A stretch of DNA of 63,284 nt, filler included, from Licmophora abbreviata (lineage: Eukaryota): NCBI GenBank assembly GCA_900291995.1. It is 5 parts of 5 records of this genome, joined end to end, with 100 filler letters (N's around TTAATTAATTAA, not from the genome) between each part and the next. Parts side by side here need not be neighbours in the genome. Positions count along the whole stretch, not along the records: positions 15,973 to 38,718 come from OLMU01006030.1; positions 38,819 to 57,856 come from OLMU01006031.1; 3 more parts are not named here. One strand, 5' to 3'. The notes beneath the pieces are model-generated. The model was not told the origin of the DNA and made no database searches. It saw only the letters and a list, made by a program, of their open reading frames with translations. Positions 38,479 through 51,808 of the stretch are shown here, in pieces; the stretch's first letter is position 1; each line of letters opens with the position of its first letter. Both the position numbers and the translations under genes were made by a program.

Positions 38479-38718
38479 AACTGATTACATTTAGATCTCT
38501 CATACACATTCAAACGAGCCTGTATTTGATACTTAGTAGAGCGTAGCTAGAAGGTTTGCTACCGGTTGATCTTTCCAGCTGCTTCGTGGTTTTGTGAATT
38601 GTGAATTCCCAGGATTGACCTCTGATTGTATACCCGTACGGATAGCATGCAGACGAAACGCACGATAGCCGCAAAGTGATTGTGAGAACGGAGTCCGAGA
38701 CAGCTTCACCTTCAATAA

Positions 38719-38818
38719 NNNNNNNNNNNNNNNNNNNNNNNNNNNNNNNNNNNNNNNNNNNNTTAATTAATTAANNNNNNNNNNNNNNNNNNNNNNNNNN
38801 NNNNNNNNNNNNNNNNNN
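38719..38818. other. Artificial contig linker
   Basis: N44-TTAATTAATTAA-N44. Confidence 0.98.
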
Positions 38819-38850
38819 TTTCATCAATCTGAAATCGCGAAACAACGCCG

Positions 38851-41020
38851 ATGAACACCATGGGGAAAGCAGAGTCGTCAGCTTCCGCTAACGAGGCTCC
38901 AGGTCCTTCAGACAGTCTTTCAAGAGATACAGTATGCCAGTCGCGACCTCCTTCGCATATCCTTCAGGACGGAAGATCGATTTACTTGCCAGAACCCACA
39001 AATCAGCAACGCTCCCAGTTCCTGGAGCGATCCATTGCTCGTCACGAGCTGCTAGCCGATCTTAGAGGAAGCAAGGCTTCATTGAAAGAAGAAAAGGCAG
39101 AAGAATTGAATGCCGAAGATGCCAAACAAGCTTCGAACGAACCAAAGATACATCCTCTGGCTGTTGCTTCGGCAAAAGTACAAGCGAATGGAGTTGCCGA
39201 GCTCAGTAAGGCAATCAACTTGTCCAACCTCGTCAGCACAGATGAATACTTCTCATTCACCAACATTGTCGATCCATCGTTGGAAGAACCCACCCCTACT
39301 GAAAAATCGGCAGGAGGTCAGGCTGCGTTGACACGGGCGCTCCGGGAAGAGCAAGCTTTGCGAGCAACCTACGTTGGCAAGCGCAAACGCTCACAATTTG
39401 AGAGTGCCGCCAACGCGCTGGCACGACACGGGCGTCGATTGTCTGCTTCCATATCAGCGCAGACTGTTGCTGATGAGCGACTAGCACAGCTGCGTCCCTC
39501 TTGGAGATTGGTTGCTCCCGAACATGGAACCCGAGCCAGACCGCATGCCATGCGTCCAGGAGAGGTGGTGGCTGTCGATGTCGACGTATACGATCGAGAT
39601 CGAACAGCGGGTGGAGGGACGCGTACTCGACGTGCGGGAAGAATAGCACGACGCGTACCACGCTATGCCACCTTGGAATTGAGTAAGGAATATGATATCA
39701 AGGAGGATTTGCTGGGATGGCAACGGCGTTACTCCCTTCCGAGCACTGAGATGTTGGAACAAGAAGATGAACTTATGCGGGGTGATTTGGAGCAGGGTAC
39801 GCGGGTGGCAGGAAAAACACGGGTAGAGCCGTATGCTGTCGCCGATCCATCACTCGGGAATTTGGAAGTCGAGTTTGATCCCGACAAACTTCCCATGCTC
39901 ACGCTGCAGTTCGACATTGACAAGCCCTCCACAGGCTTCTGCCAAAGTGTTCGTCTGGCACCTTTGAAGACGACAAGCTTGTCAACTCAAAGCGACGAAG
40001 CTGTAATTATATCGTTACAGCATTCGCTGTTTTGCGCGTCCTTGTTTGAGTCCATTAGGAAGGAATTGGTGCCAGACGACGATGTCCCCGGAGGAGCAAA
40101 GACGAAGAATAGCCGAACAGCGCGACATATAGTGTGGCTTCCCAGTGAAACTGACGAGCAGTTCCTGCCGGCGCCGATATTTATGGCTGGTGGAGGCGCC
40201 ACAGCTAGCACGGGGCTTCTTTCCGTCGTGCATTGCCATGACGGAGAGGTCAAAGTCCAACTCGACACAGAGTATGCGCTTACTGCAAAGCTGGTCGAAG
40301 CTGGGCAAACCCAGAATGACGAGGACGGCAGTACACTAGATGCAGTAGGTGAGACAGAAACAGATGACAAAAGTCGACCTTATTTCAGCGGTAGCCGCAC
40401 TCCAGCGGAACTTCACACTCTGTGCAGAGCGCTCCTTGTACATGCGCAGGAGGTTTATCACCAGCACAATCTTGCTTCCATGAGATGGTCAGTGACTGCA
40501 CAGGACTCTCCAGCTGTGTTGAGGAGAGAAACGAGGGAAAAATCTCCACCCCCAAAGATACTGAAGAAATGCGTGGGGCTAGGTTCCAAGTTGCTGTTCG
40601 AGCCAAAAGTGAGACTGGTGATTCAAGTAAGTAAGTTCCTGTCGAGTTGTCACGCTCTAGCAGTATCATCTAACTCGCTACCTCGTGATGCAGCGAGTAC
40701 GAGCTTGGCTCAAAACTCATACAGAATCTAACGAGAGAATTACTGTCGAATGGCTTCCCTTGTCCGTCTTTGACTCCCACGCGCGGCTCACTTTGAGCTT
40801 TCTCTCGCTCTGCATTGACGTAACTATTGCGCACGCAAGTATGAGGATATCAACCTTTAGCAGAACCGGAGCGTATCACCACGTAGAGTTTTATTCCGAA
40901 AAGGAGTTTGAGATATTCTTGAAACTCCAGCTTCAGAGGCTCTTGGCGAAGGGCCCTATTGCCAATGAGCATGATGACACATCAGATCTTGGCCAGAAGA
41001 ACGAGGAGCTAATTTCGTAG
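38851..41020 (+). CDS. Hypothetical protein, possibly Mediator subunit Med17-like; intron 40627-40693
   Basis: KRKRSQFESAANALARHGRRL...LAQLRPSWRL and LQHSLFCASLFESIRKE resemble Med17 helices. GTAAGT...GCAG splicing restores IQ|RVRAW. Confidence 0.55.
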
Positions 41021-41175
41021 TTGCTCAGCTTATCGCTAGGTGATGGCGTAGAAGTAGCATGTTATGACCCTTGCAGACTATTGTGCTGTAGACTAGAGTA
41101 TTCCGACCAGATTGCGGTTCGAAGAACGCTTTGAATGGAGCTCGTCTGGTGCCGGTACCAGGTATCTCGGGGGTA

Positions 41176-41783
41176 CATACCGGTTCTCTCGTCTTGCGCG
41201 AAGAAGTCGTCGACGAAAGCACCGGCAAGATCACCAAAGCCGCAGCTGGAGCTGAAACTCTAAAGAAAGAAGACGCCATGACCTTTCCGTTCGTTGGAAG
41301 CGCCTCCTTGTTTGGACTCTACCTGGCATTCAAGTTTCTAGACCACGAACTAGTCAATCTACTCATTGGAGTCTACTTTGGAGTCATCGGAGCACTGGCC
41401 ATGACGGCGACGGTCGTTGTCATTCTGCCCAAGAAATTCCAACAAACGAAACATGTATGTACACTACGAAAAGACGCGTCCTGTGGTGGGCGAGTTCCTC
41501 GTTGACTTTACGCTGACGGAAGCGCTAGTCTTTGCGCTCTGCTGCGTCTTTTGCTACTTCTACCTTCTCTCCAGACACTGGACCATGAACAGTGTGTTGG
41601 GCATTTGCTTTTGTATTCAAGGAATTTCAAATTGAACGATTTAGTCTCGGAACCTACAAAATTGCAGCCTTTCTATTGGTAGGCCTCTTCGTTTACGATA
41701 TCTTTTGGGTATTCAGAACCGAAGTCATGGTGACCGTCGCCAAGTCTGTTAGGGATTCTCTTTCCACGATCCTTGGAGCCTAA
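41176..41783 (+). pseudogene. Truncated, frameshifted signal peptide peptidase (HM13/SPP) fragment
   Basis: ETLKKEDAMTFPFVGSASLFGLY, HWTMNSVLG and GLFVYDIFWVF.TEVMVTVAKS lie in three frames. Ends before the GxGD and PAL motifs. Confidence 0.8.
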
Positions 41784-42083
41784 CTCTGTGGCGATGCGAT
41801 TCGATTGATTCGATTGATTCCATTCGATTCATTCGAAGCGATCAAACGCGCGGCTCTGAATTCGACCGCATTGATACAAACTGAAACATCCAAAACCATC
41901 ATCCACCATGGGGGTCTGGCAGACATTTCTACTACTCGTATTTAAGAGCACCATTCAGCCTCGGTCGTCATCTCAGGATCGTAGGGAAGTCAACTTTGAC
42001 CAGGAACGCTACATGGCATCACGGAAAGTGCAATCCTGATACAATTAGTCTAATTTCCCGGACGAAAGGAGTGTTCTAAGATA

Positions 42084-43649
42084 ATGCAACGCACAACAGG
42101 AAATGCCAATCGACGAGACGGATTCTGCATTGCGTTGGTTTGCGACTTCTTCTATCCTCGTCTCGGTGGTGTCGAGATGCACCTGTGGTCGCTTGCGCAG
42201 CATCTGATCCGGAAGGGCCACAAGGTCGTCGTCGTCACGCATGCTTACGGCCATCGAAAGGGCGTGCGATATCTGCCTGGCCCGCTCAAAGTGTACCACT
42301 GTCCCATTCTGCCCATGACCGACCAGGACGCTCTTCCAACATTCACTTCAACGCTTCCACTCATGAGATGGATATTCCTACGAGAAAAGGTTGATGTAGT
42401 TCATGCACACCAAGCCACGAGTACCATGGCAAACGAAAGCGTCGTGTACGCCTCTTTGCTTGGTCTCCCCTGTGTGTACACCGACCACTCTCTCTTTGGC
42501 TTCGACGATGTTGCTTCTATCATTCTAAATCGGGTACGCTCGTTGTACACGTTCTGCATATTGGGGAGACGGAAACAATGCACATAGATTCTCACCTTCC
42601 CCGACTCTCTGCTTTTATGGATATCCAATGTAGGTCCTCCGTACAACCCTGTCCACCGCGGACGCTGTCATTTGTGTATCGCACACTTGCCGAGACAATC
42701 TGATTCTTCGAACAAGAGTCGACCCCGCGTCTGTCTATGTAATCCCAAATGCCGTAGAGCCATCCAAGTTTGTACCTGACCCGTACAAACGGTGCGCCGA
42801 CAGGTGCGTCAGGAGGTTGTTTCCTAATGATCGAAATTTTCATTTCTGATACGACTCACTGCAAATTAGTTGCCTTCTTCAACCAGAATCAAAGTTGTCA
42901 TAATCTCTCGCTTAGTATATCGAAAAGGGGTTGACCTGCTTATCGGTATTATTCCGCATATTTGTCGAGATCTACCCCACGTCGACTTCACTATCGGGGG
43001 CGACGGGACCAAACGACTTGCCTTGCAAGAAATGGTGGAACGAGAACGATTGGAAGAACGGGTCGAGTTTCTTGGAGCCGTTCCGCACGCTAGGGTTCGC
43101 GACGTACTCGTGCAAGGTCACGTCTTTCTCAATTGCTCCCTGACGGAATCATTTTGCATTGCCATTCTCGAGGCAGCATCCTCCGGTTTGTTTGTTGTGT
43201 CGACAAACGTCGGCGGCGTCCCGGAAGTGTTGCCATCTGACATGATACTGCTAGCAGAACCAAGTGCAACGTCCCTTGTTCAACAACTAAAGAAGGCGAT
43301 TGATAGACAAGAAAGTATGAAAGCGGCAGACCCGTGGGAGTTCCATCGGCGCGTGTCAAACATGTACTCGTGGGATCGCGTAGCCCAAGCAACATGTCGT
43401 ATCTACGACCATGTCATGCAGCGGAAACGTCCAAGCTTCTTGGAGCGCCTGAGACGATACAGAGCATTGGGGGGCGTTTCCGGTATTGTGGCGAGTCTCT
43501 TAGTGACAACGGTGGCACTTTGGATGGTTGTCGTGAACTGGTGGCAGCCAAGAGAGGAGATTGATGTCGTTCCAAATCTCGTTTCGTCATTGGGTGTACC
43601 GGAGGGAGATAAGACAACTGGAGGGGAACATAACGCAAAGGCATCATAA
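42084..43649 (+). CDS. PIGA: GPI N-acetylglucosaminyltransferase subunit A; introns 42534-42633 and 42804-42886
   Basis: DFFYPRLGGVEMH, YTDHSLFGF, SRLVYRKGVDLL, NCSLTESFCIAILEAAS, STNVGGVPEVLP, C-terminal TM. Confidence 0.97.
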
Positions 43650-43746
43650 TGTAGAAGTGATTTGTCTATCCTGGCTACACTTTCGACGCGTGATAGTTCT
43701 AGCTATAGTAGTCAACCAACTGTTTCCGACAATCAACGGTAAACGA

Positions 43747-44833
43747 TTACTCGTAGACTGAAGAGTCGACCGTCTTACCCCAGTCGTTGACTCCTTCGGG
43801 AAACCACATTTTGAGTTCGTGCTCGGCAGCTTCGGGAGAGTCCGACCCGTGGCAGATATTGCGTCCGAGATCAATAGAGAAATCACCACGGATGCTTCCG
43901 GGCTTGGAGGCTAGCGGCTGGGTTTCACCGAGCATTTGACGTCCCTGAATCGTATGTACGAGTAACTTTAGTGTTAGTCAAGCCACCAAAAGATTGGCCT
44001 CTTGAAAGAGATCGAATCGAGTCAAAACGCACCTGCTTGATGATGTCCTTGCCTTCCCAGCACATGCAGACGCTGGAACGTTCAAAAAGTCAAGAGGCGT
44101 TAGCCTCATGCTGAAGTGCAAACGATATTAGACAATATCACCCGATCCACCTTTATATTGACAAACTTACATTGGCCCAGAGGAAAAGAATTTGCATAGG
44201 CCAGGGTAAAAGGGCTTCTTGGAAAGATCAGCATAGTGGGCTTCCGCCATTTCGAGCGTCGGCCATACCATTTTGAGCCCAACAAGTTTATTCCCTCGCT
44301 TTTCAAAACGAGCGATGATATCTCCGATGATGCCACGCTGAACACCATCTGGCTTGACGGCCAAGAATGTCCTCTCATGTTGGTCCCAGGCGCTCCGTAC
44401 ACTGGCAAGGCCTCGTCGCCACAGCGGGTAGCGAGTATCGTCGCCGACGTGGCAGTTCCAGTCAAGAGCAGACCCGCGGCCACCGTCATCATCCTGGGGG
44501 CCGCCACACGGACACCAACCGTCTGTACAAGTAGATGTTAGAGGGGGGAGCAGCCGTATATTCAGCATAAGGTCGCATGGTGAGACTAACATGCAGTGGG
44601 ACTTCGGTACCGAGTCACAAATACGGCACGGCTCGCGATCAGTTGACTACGTCCAGTACCGGTGCCGGTATCCTCCGACCTCCGACCTCCTACTCTTCCA
44701 CTGCCGACGACACCGAGAGTCGGGTCGTTCTTCCTGGGATTTCGAAACCGGACGCACGTACCGACAGTCCCCTAGCACCAGTTCGGCCTCGGCAAGCAGA
44801 GGCAAGGCGAGAAGCGGCACGAGCAAACATCAT
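43747..44833 (-). CDS. NDK: Mitochondrial (IMS-type) nucleoside diphosphate kinase; 4 exons (44833-44762, 44522-44171, 44072-44033, 43944-43747) with an apparent 1-nt frameshift near 44380
   Basis: [41 protein letters not shown]. Presequence and hydrophobic sorting segment sit in a different frame from the catalytic domain. Confidence 0.9.
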
Positions 44834-45179
44834 CGTCCCTGAATCGACAACAGCAAATTGAAGTTCGTAATAGAGACTAACAGTCACAGCGTTGAGTGTT
44901 GAGTGTGCCTCTCGAATCTTTGGAGGGGGGAATGACGTCACTAGTATGGTACCACCACCACATTACCAGTATTTATATCGTATTCGTAGTATCCGTACAG
45001 GATGGACCTACCCCACCACACCCCGACCCCGACCGCAGGAGGGCCTATTCAAACTTGCTTGACTGCACGGCGGACCAGGCACGTTGCATGAAAGCCCCGT
45101 AGCAGAGCGATGCCGAACCCAAGTTCACTTTTCTAAGCTATCGTAATGTTTCATGCTTCAACATTTTAAAAAATAAATG

Positions 45180-48100
45180 TTACGGTCGACTCGACATAGG
45201 GGATTGTCTTAGTTCCGAGACAATAGTATCCCATGTAGAATCGTCAAGTGTGGCCTCCGTCGGACGACTCAACCTATCAATCATCAGCCGGTCAGCCATG
45301 CATGCCTCGAGAGTCGCTCGAGCTAAAACTATTGCGTCCGCCTCGCGGGAGCGCGATAAGCGCTTGGAAATGTCGACAACGAGGTCAACGGTTCGACAAT
45401 CCAGGCCTTGAAGGCGTCGACGAGACGGAGCCGCACTACTAGACGACACGCGGAGGATACCGACCAGAAGACTTTGCGCCAAGGAAGCGACCGCAAAGAA
45501 ATAGAAGAATCCTTCTCGCGGAAAGGCATCCCTTTTCACAATGAAAGATATAATGTCCAACACTTCCGGAGGATCGCGATGTAGAGTTCCACAGACATGG
45601 TCGCCAACCAGGACTTCTTCGAGCGTCTTTTGCATAAGAAGTCCACAAATGTCGTCCGCCTCGGCTTGGAGCGTCAGTAAATGAGCAACATCTGAAAGTC
45701 TTTTAAGTGCTTCGCAGCGAATGCGCTCAGGGAATGAGGCCCCCAGAAAGAGCCGGATACATTTCGTGAATACCTCGTACTGAGCTCCGTACTCATTGTA
45801 GGCTGTGCACATGTCAATCACGAAGTTATTCAGTGCACTCAGTTCTCGTTTTGATGAACTTTCATCTCGAATAAACTCACGAAGCATTCTCTCGTCTTCT
45901 TTGCGAGTCTGACTTGACTTGTCTCTTGATAGGCTTTCCTGAGCGGTGTGAGAATGTTCCAAACAAGCTACCGAAAAGCTTCGCACGAGACCGACAGCGC
46001 TTGTATGGTCTGTCGCCTTGTACATACTGTACAACGAATGCACCAACGAGCTCCCAAAATTGTCCTGAAGGGCGCTCTCCGGCTGAAGACAAACATTAAA
46101 CAAGTAGTACAGCTTGGCACCGCGCGGCACAATAGCTGCAAAAGCCGTGTCACTGCTGATCGCGTCGTTCTCCAACTGCAGGAGGAGATCGAGGCACGAA
46201 GATAGCCCCGGGACGCACAAAGAAACGTTTGCAGCATCGTCGTATTGACTTGCTAAAGCCTTCCATATCCAAAGTTTCCCAATGGGAAGCAGAGCAAGAG
46301 TTATTGGGTCGTGGCGGCACATATGAGCGTCGCTTTCAGATAGAAGAGAGTCAATTTTGAAGGCCCCCCAACCATTTGTTGTGACACCCAGTCCACTCTG
46401 GAGCTTGAAACTGTGATCAAGTTGCGCCCTTGCGCCTTCTCCCGCGCACAAGGCTTTCATGAACAGTGAAGAGACCTCCGCTTCTTCGCCAAGTAGCGAT
46501 TTCGGTCGGAACAAACAATCACTACTGAGCAGTACTGCAGCAGTCGCCTCTTCGCCTGGGAGGAGCCTCGCAAGCAGCGTAAATGCCGCCGATCTTAAGT
46601 CAACTGGTACAATATCACGATCTTGCAGACTCGGAAGCGTCGCGATAAGACTTCTGCAGATTGCAGAATAGGTCTTGTTCAGCCACCCGACTCTCGATGT
46701 GGTCTGTATAACTGATGGTAGTGCCTTGTTGCACGGCGGTTGAAGCCACTGAATGACGGCCGTATTGAAACACATGGCGACTGCATTGATGCGGTCTCGT
46801 GAGTTCACACGACTCGTTCGTACGAGAACAACGAACAGAGAGGCTAGTGCATCGAGTAAAGCGCAGGCGGCGGCTTCGACGGTCGGAGGTGTTCCGGATA
46901 TCCTCCCAGTATCACAGTCCGATGAATCGGTTGTCAGGAATCTGCATTGTGGTATGACACTCAGCGCCTGCGATACTAGGCCACTATCCATCATAGATTC
47001 GACGGAAGCCACCAGCGACTCCCACCGGTGTGCATGCTCTTCTACCGTCGCCGGCACAGTCCCATTCGCTGCCTCGATCTGTTCGAGAGTAGAGGCGTAG
47101 GCATGCAACAGATGAAGTTTACCGGCCCATGCACGCATTTCAGAGGAACCATCACGGCGATAAGGATGAAGACCGCTCGTTTCTCGGCAGTGGCGTACGG
47201 TCTGGACAACAGCGTCTTCAAGCCATGTCAATGCCATAGAAATCGTCCCTTCATCTGCCTCGGAAATCACCCGTCGATCCACCGTACGATCGCCGCGCGC
47301 TACTACCTTGACACACTGTAAAATGACGGCAAAAGTCGAACTGTATTCTGTCACCAGACTGAATTCTTCAGACTGTGACACAGTCAAATGCGGGATGGAC
47401 ATGGAAATGAAGGTTTGCAGATGAGTCAAACCCAACCCGTATCTGTTATTCGAATGAACGAACACGAAAACGAAAAGATGAGCGAAAATCCATCTCGTCC
47501 TGCACGACGAGATTGCATTTGCTTACCGCAACACGGTTCGCCAAAGGATTATACCCCATCGATGAACACGGAGCTCCTGAGCGCTCTCCAGTTTCATAGC
47601 AAGCAAGGGCAGCAAAACCTCGTCTACCGGAAGAGACGACGCCGCTAGTCTCGACTGCCGAGCAAGTGTACACGAAAGAATTAAAGCAGGAAGCATGCGC
47701 CTTGGGTTCAAACAGTTTGGTCTACATGTGTCGGTATCGCCACTGGGAGGCATCACTGTCGCTTTGAGGAGAGTTGGCAATAGCGTGGAGTGCCTCACAA
47801 TCGCCGACGCGGCCCCAGGCGAGCGGACACATAGCATCGCCAGAATCCCGCACATCGCTGCGGTAGCTTCCTCCGGGAGCCTTGAATCTGGTTTCACATT
47901 GTTTAAGAGTCGAGCTAGCAGCGGTAGAATCTTCATGCGAGAGAGCAATGTCCACATTGGGTCCTTGGTGAAGGCGAGGCCGTCCTTCGGCGCAGAAGCA
48001 TACGCGGACGACGCTACGTACGCCATCGCTTTTCCATCGTCTCCAGATACTACCTGCTCCGGTGCGATGGATCGATAGCACGTCCCAACTTGCGGGGTGA

Positions 48101-49376
48101 GAACTGCGTCGCAAAGAAAATATTCTTGACATATTGACGTTGGCGTATCGACTTCGCCAGCCACATCGATCGCATGGTCAGGATGAGCGCCAAGCCGCAG
48201 CAAAGCATACAGCGCGCGGAGTGCAAATGTGTGAAGAAGGAAACGAGTGGAGCCGGCCAAGGGTGCATCTAGCAAGCACCGAAGGGAAACCGGCAATATT
48301 GTTCGATAGGGCCAGTCTGCGGTGCCGCGCTGGTAGTACGACTTGCCGTCACGCACTTCACTCTCCAAGCGTTCACAGACGACCTGGGCCGCCCACAATG
48401 CCTGTCTCGGGTTGGTAGATCTCAAGAGTTCGCACGCTATATCCCAATCATCCTCTTCTCGTACTGAACCACTGTTGGATTTCGTGGGAGTTCCATTCGC
48501 TTCCGCTGCGTATGCGGCATCCATGTCGTCGTAGTTTCGTATCGACGCCAGCAAGCGAGCTACTCTCTCCTTCTCTTGTGCTTCGTCGGCCTCCCGTCTC
48601 GGCATGACTATCTTGTCAACTGCGCTTGTAGGCCCCGACATGCGTGACACTTTCGCATCGACTTTCTTGGATGATTCGACTCGCTTCTTCTGTCGGTCTC
48701 TTAAAAACGTCAATGAGTCTGGCGACAGGGACTCCCGAAGCTCTTGTACAGATTCCTCAATTTCCTGAGGGGTCATTCGTTTCAGCATGGCTTGCGCATC
48801 GTTCCGACTCGCACTCTGTTGTGCGGTAAGCACGTCAGTCGACGGTTCCTGACGAATCGAACGTGTCACAGGTAGAGCGCGAGCAGGTCCACTGGGCTCG
48901 CAGTGCTTGACAAACGTACCCAAGGGCATATCGACGGAGGGAAAGCCGCCCAGTGCCGGTAATCTAGAGAGATGCTGCGGATTTCTCTGTGCCGAAAAGT
49001 ACGAACGAGATCCACTTTGTCCATTTTGATTGCGATCGTCTGGGGTCGTGAGGCTGTCTACCGATCGTTCCACGACACCTCCCAGAAAAGGCGGGGGGTG
49101 TTGGGGGGCCCGTTCGTTCATTGGAGCCGCTTCTTGCGGCTCAGTGGAAGATTCTTTTTTCTCGTCTATCACACAATTGACGTGCCTGGGATTAGATCGG
49201 CGAATAACCGTCGCCGCAGGTCGTCCGCCCATGGGAAGTTCCATTCGACGCCGAAGGGACAATCTGGTGAATCGACTGCTGCCACCAGTCGTTGTTGTGG
49301 TACCGGTACCATCGTCAGGCGGCCGAGACAGAAGCGAGGCCATGGCCTCATCCGACATTCCTTCAGTGTTGGCCAT
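45180..49376 (-). CDS. RPAP1: RNA polymerase II-associated protein 1 (RPAP1/Rba50/IYO-like); intron 47443-47526
   Basis: LGGVVER, GFPSV, AQAMLKRMTPQEIEESVQELRESLSPDSLTFL (RPAP1_N-like), ELLRSTNPRQ (RPAP1_C-like). Splice gives WRTVLR|YG. Confidence 0.8.
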
Positions 49377-49983
49377 TTGTCCATGCGAACGAATGGTTTA
49401 CCAGCATACCAGGTACGTATTATATGGGTGGAAGCCGAAACTGACGACGTCCCAGATCAAGGAAAACGGCGGCGCGACCCAATCTGAAATCTGGAATCAA
49501 TCAACTCCCAATTTCGATTGTCGACGACCGACGATTTCAGATTGTCGATACTAACACTCGACTGGTCTGAAAAAGAGCTCGTACGTGTCGTTGACATTGA
49601 ATGAGTACTGATTTCGGATACCTTTTTTCCCGCCAAAACAAATGAGGGAGCTCGCACATATCATATTGAATATCGAATATCGAATATCGGGTTCAGAGCT
49701 CTCAAATCGACTTACTTTAGAGCAAGACAAAAAGTCGAATTGAAATTGCCGAGTTTCGGGGCGACCATGACGACATTCAGCATGCTTTTATCACAGCCGC
49801 TCTGACTCGTTTCTGGTCCACCACCTTCCGACATTTTTATTTCAACACGTCTTTCACCGCAAAATCGCCTATATCTGCAAGATTCGCCTCTAGATCACAA
49901 GAATTGATTGAGCAATAGCAATCGCGAGCAACACTTGTACTTATACTCGAGGACATCAGCACCGCACAGACCCGAGGCGAACC

Positions 49984-51588
49984 ATGCCGTCGCCGACGCC
50001 GCCGTTCAGTGGCAAGAACAGCGAGGATTCCGATGGAGATTGGCGATCGTCCGTTGCTCAGCCGTATCGATCGACTGAAGTGCGTGAAATCGCCAAAGTA
50101 CTAGCGGCCTTGGAACCGGGAGCGACCTCATCCAGCAAACTCATGCTTGCCATGCGATTCGAGGACACCATCTTCAATACGGCCGAGAGTTTGGCTGACT
50201 ATAGGAAGAAACTCACGAAGCGACTGAAAAAGCTACAGAAGACGTATGTCCCGACGGCAGCGGCCACCACGCAAGCTTCGAAACAAGAACAGCGCGTTCT
50301 TGAGCTCAAACAAAAGTACGGGGAGACTCTTCGACTTGTTGTTCAGAATTCTGACACAGCTGTCGCCCTCATGAAAGCAAAGAACGGAAACGAGCGGGCC
50401 AGTCACTTGAAGCAGCACACTGATAACGCAAAAGAATGGTATGCCGAGCTCCTGGGGGAAAAGTCAGCTACGAAGCCGATGGATGTGGCGAAGCTCGATA
50501 AGATTGAGAAATTGCTCGAACAACGACTCGACAACATACGTTCTCACGTCATCAAACTCACAGACCCCGACAATTTCCTGAAGGAGACATTGGAGAAGCT
50601 GGAAGATGATATGCAGGACTCTACGTCCAAAATTCTTGCCGCCGCTACCAGTCGTCGATTGAGTCGCATGGGATGGAGCGAACTTGTCGAAGCCGAAAGA
50701 GCTTTGTCAGTCGCACTTGAACAAGCCCAGGCGCCCACGCCATTGCCTACTCGTAACCAAAACACCGATAGAAAGGCAGGTATTCTACACTTGGAAAAAA
50801 TGCGAGCTGCGTCACAGGCTGTCTTGGCCTTTACATCCGTCCCCGACAAGGCTGCGGCCGGTCTTCCTCGAAGTGTATTAGGCAAATGCCATGACGTTAT
50901 CATGAATGGACTTGAATTTGTAGCTGAGGTGACCCCAAAGCTGAGTGGCGAGCACGACCGCGACAAAGGAGTCACCTTAGAAGATGCTTGGACCAAGGTA
51001 CTGGAACTTCCCCGCGAAGACGGTACGTTGCTAGAGTCCCAGACCAGCAAACGTCTTAAGACGAACCATCAAGCCTCACCCATCGTCAAAAGTCGCGTGC
51101 TGCTGGCGCATGGTCGAAAGCCCCCGTCTAGTATGTTACCGGCTCTCAAACAGAAACGCGCCAAGCTCGTACGACCGTCCCCAACTGGATTAGGATCGCA
51201 TCTGGTCATGGCGTTCGAGGACGCCTTTGTCATGACTGTTTATCTAGCTCCCCTCATCGTGACGATGCGAGCGGCGGAATCAGCAACTGTCGAGACCTCA
51301 TCACCGATCGACTGGATACCGACTAGTAGTGGACTACGCCATCTTTCAGAAGTAGAGGTCTTTGGAGTCAAGGGGAGCCCCGAAGCAATTGGACGCGTGG
51401 TGGAACACCGTCTGCGGTACGCATCGGCCCACGCAACTAATGTGTTGCGTCAATGCTTTTGCTCGACGCTCAAAGCGAAGAACGACTACGAGGTTGAGAT
51501 TCTAGAGGTGACCGCACTGTTGCAGTTCCTGCAACTGTGTCGCGACACCTACATGCCAGGCTTTCAGGGAGACGATGTCGGCTTCTAG
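49984..51588 (+). CDS. KIX-domain protein (Med15-like N-terminus)
   Basis: DWRSSV...AMRFEDTIFNTAESLADYRKKL matches the plant Med15 KIX pattern DWR...A.RFE..IF..A....DY..K. Confidence 0.7.
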   Translation: MPSPTPPFSGKNSEDSDGDWRSSVAQPYRSTEVREIAKVLAALEPGATSSSKLMLAMRFEDTIFNTAESLADYRKKLTKRLKKLQKTYVPTAAATTQASKQEQRVLELKQKYGETLRLVVQNSDTAVALMKAKNGNERASHLKQHTDNAKEWYAELLGEKSATKPMDVAKLDKIEKLLEQRLDNIRSHVIKLTDPDNFLKETLEKLEDDMQDSTSKILAAATSRRLSRMGWSELVEAERALSVALEQAQAPTPLPTRNQNTDRKAGILHLEKMRAASQAVLAFTSVPDKAAAGLPRSVLGKCHDVIMNGLEFVAEVTPKLSGEHDRDKGVTLEDAWTKVLELPREDGTLLESQTSKRLKTNHQASPIVKSRVLLAHGRKPPSSMLPALKQKRAKLVRPSPTGLGSHLVMAFEDAFVMTVYLAPLIVTMRAAESATVETSSPIDWIPTSSGLRHLSEVEVFGVKGSPEAIGRVVEHRLRYASAHATNVLRQCFCSTLKAKNDYEVEILEVTALLQFLQLCRDTYMPGFQGDDVGF

Positions 51589-51808
51589 CAAAACACGTTA
51601 CTCTTTACATAGTTCCCGGTTGTCCTTGTACTATTGCCGGCCACAAGAGAAAGTTTTGTCTGGCACTTTGTGATTTCCATAAAGTCAGCCGAACAGATCC
51701 TCGTCATGGATCTTCGCTTCCACCAAATTTAGTGGTCAAGCCGTGACCATGAAATTTGGCAGTAGTCTTTTCGGCCACAGTGGCAATCGCAGTCAATACA
51801 AGCCTCAG

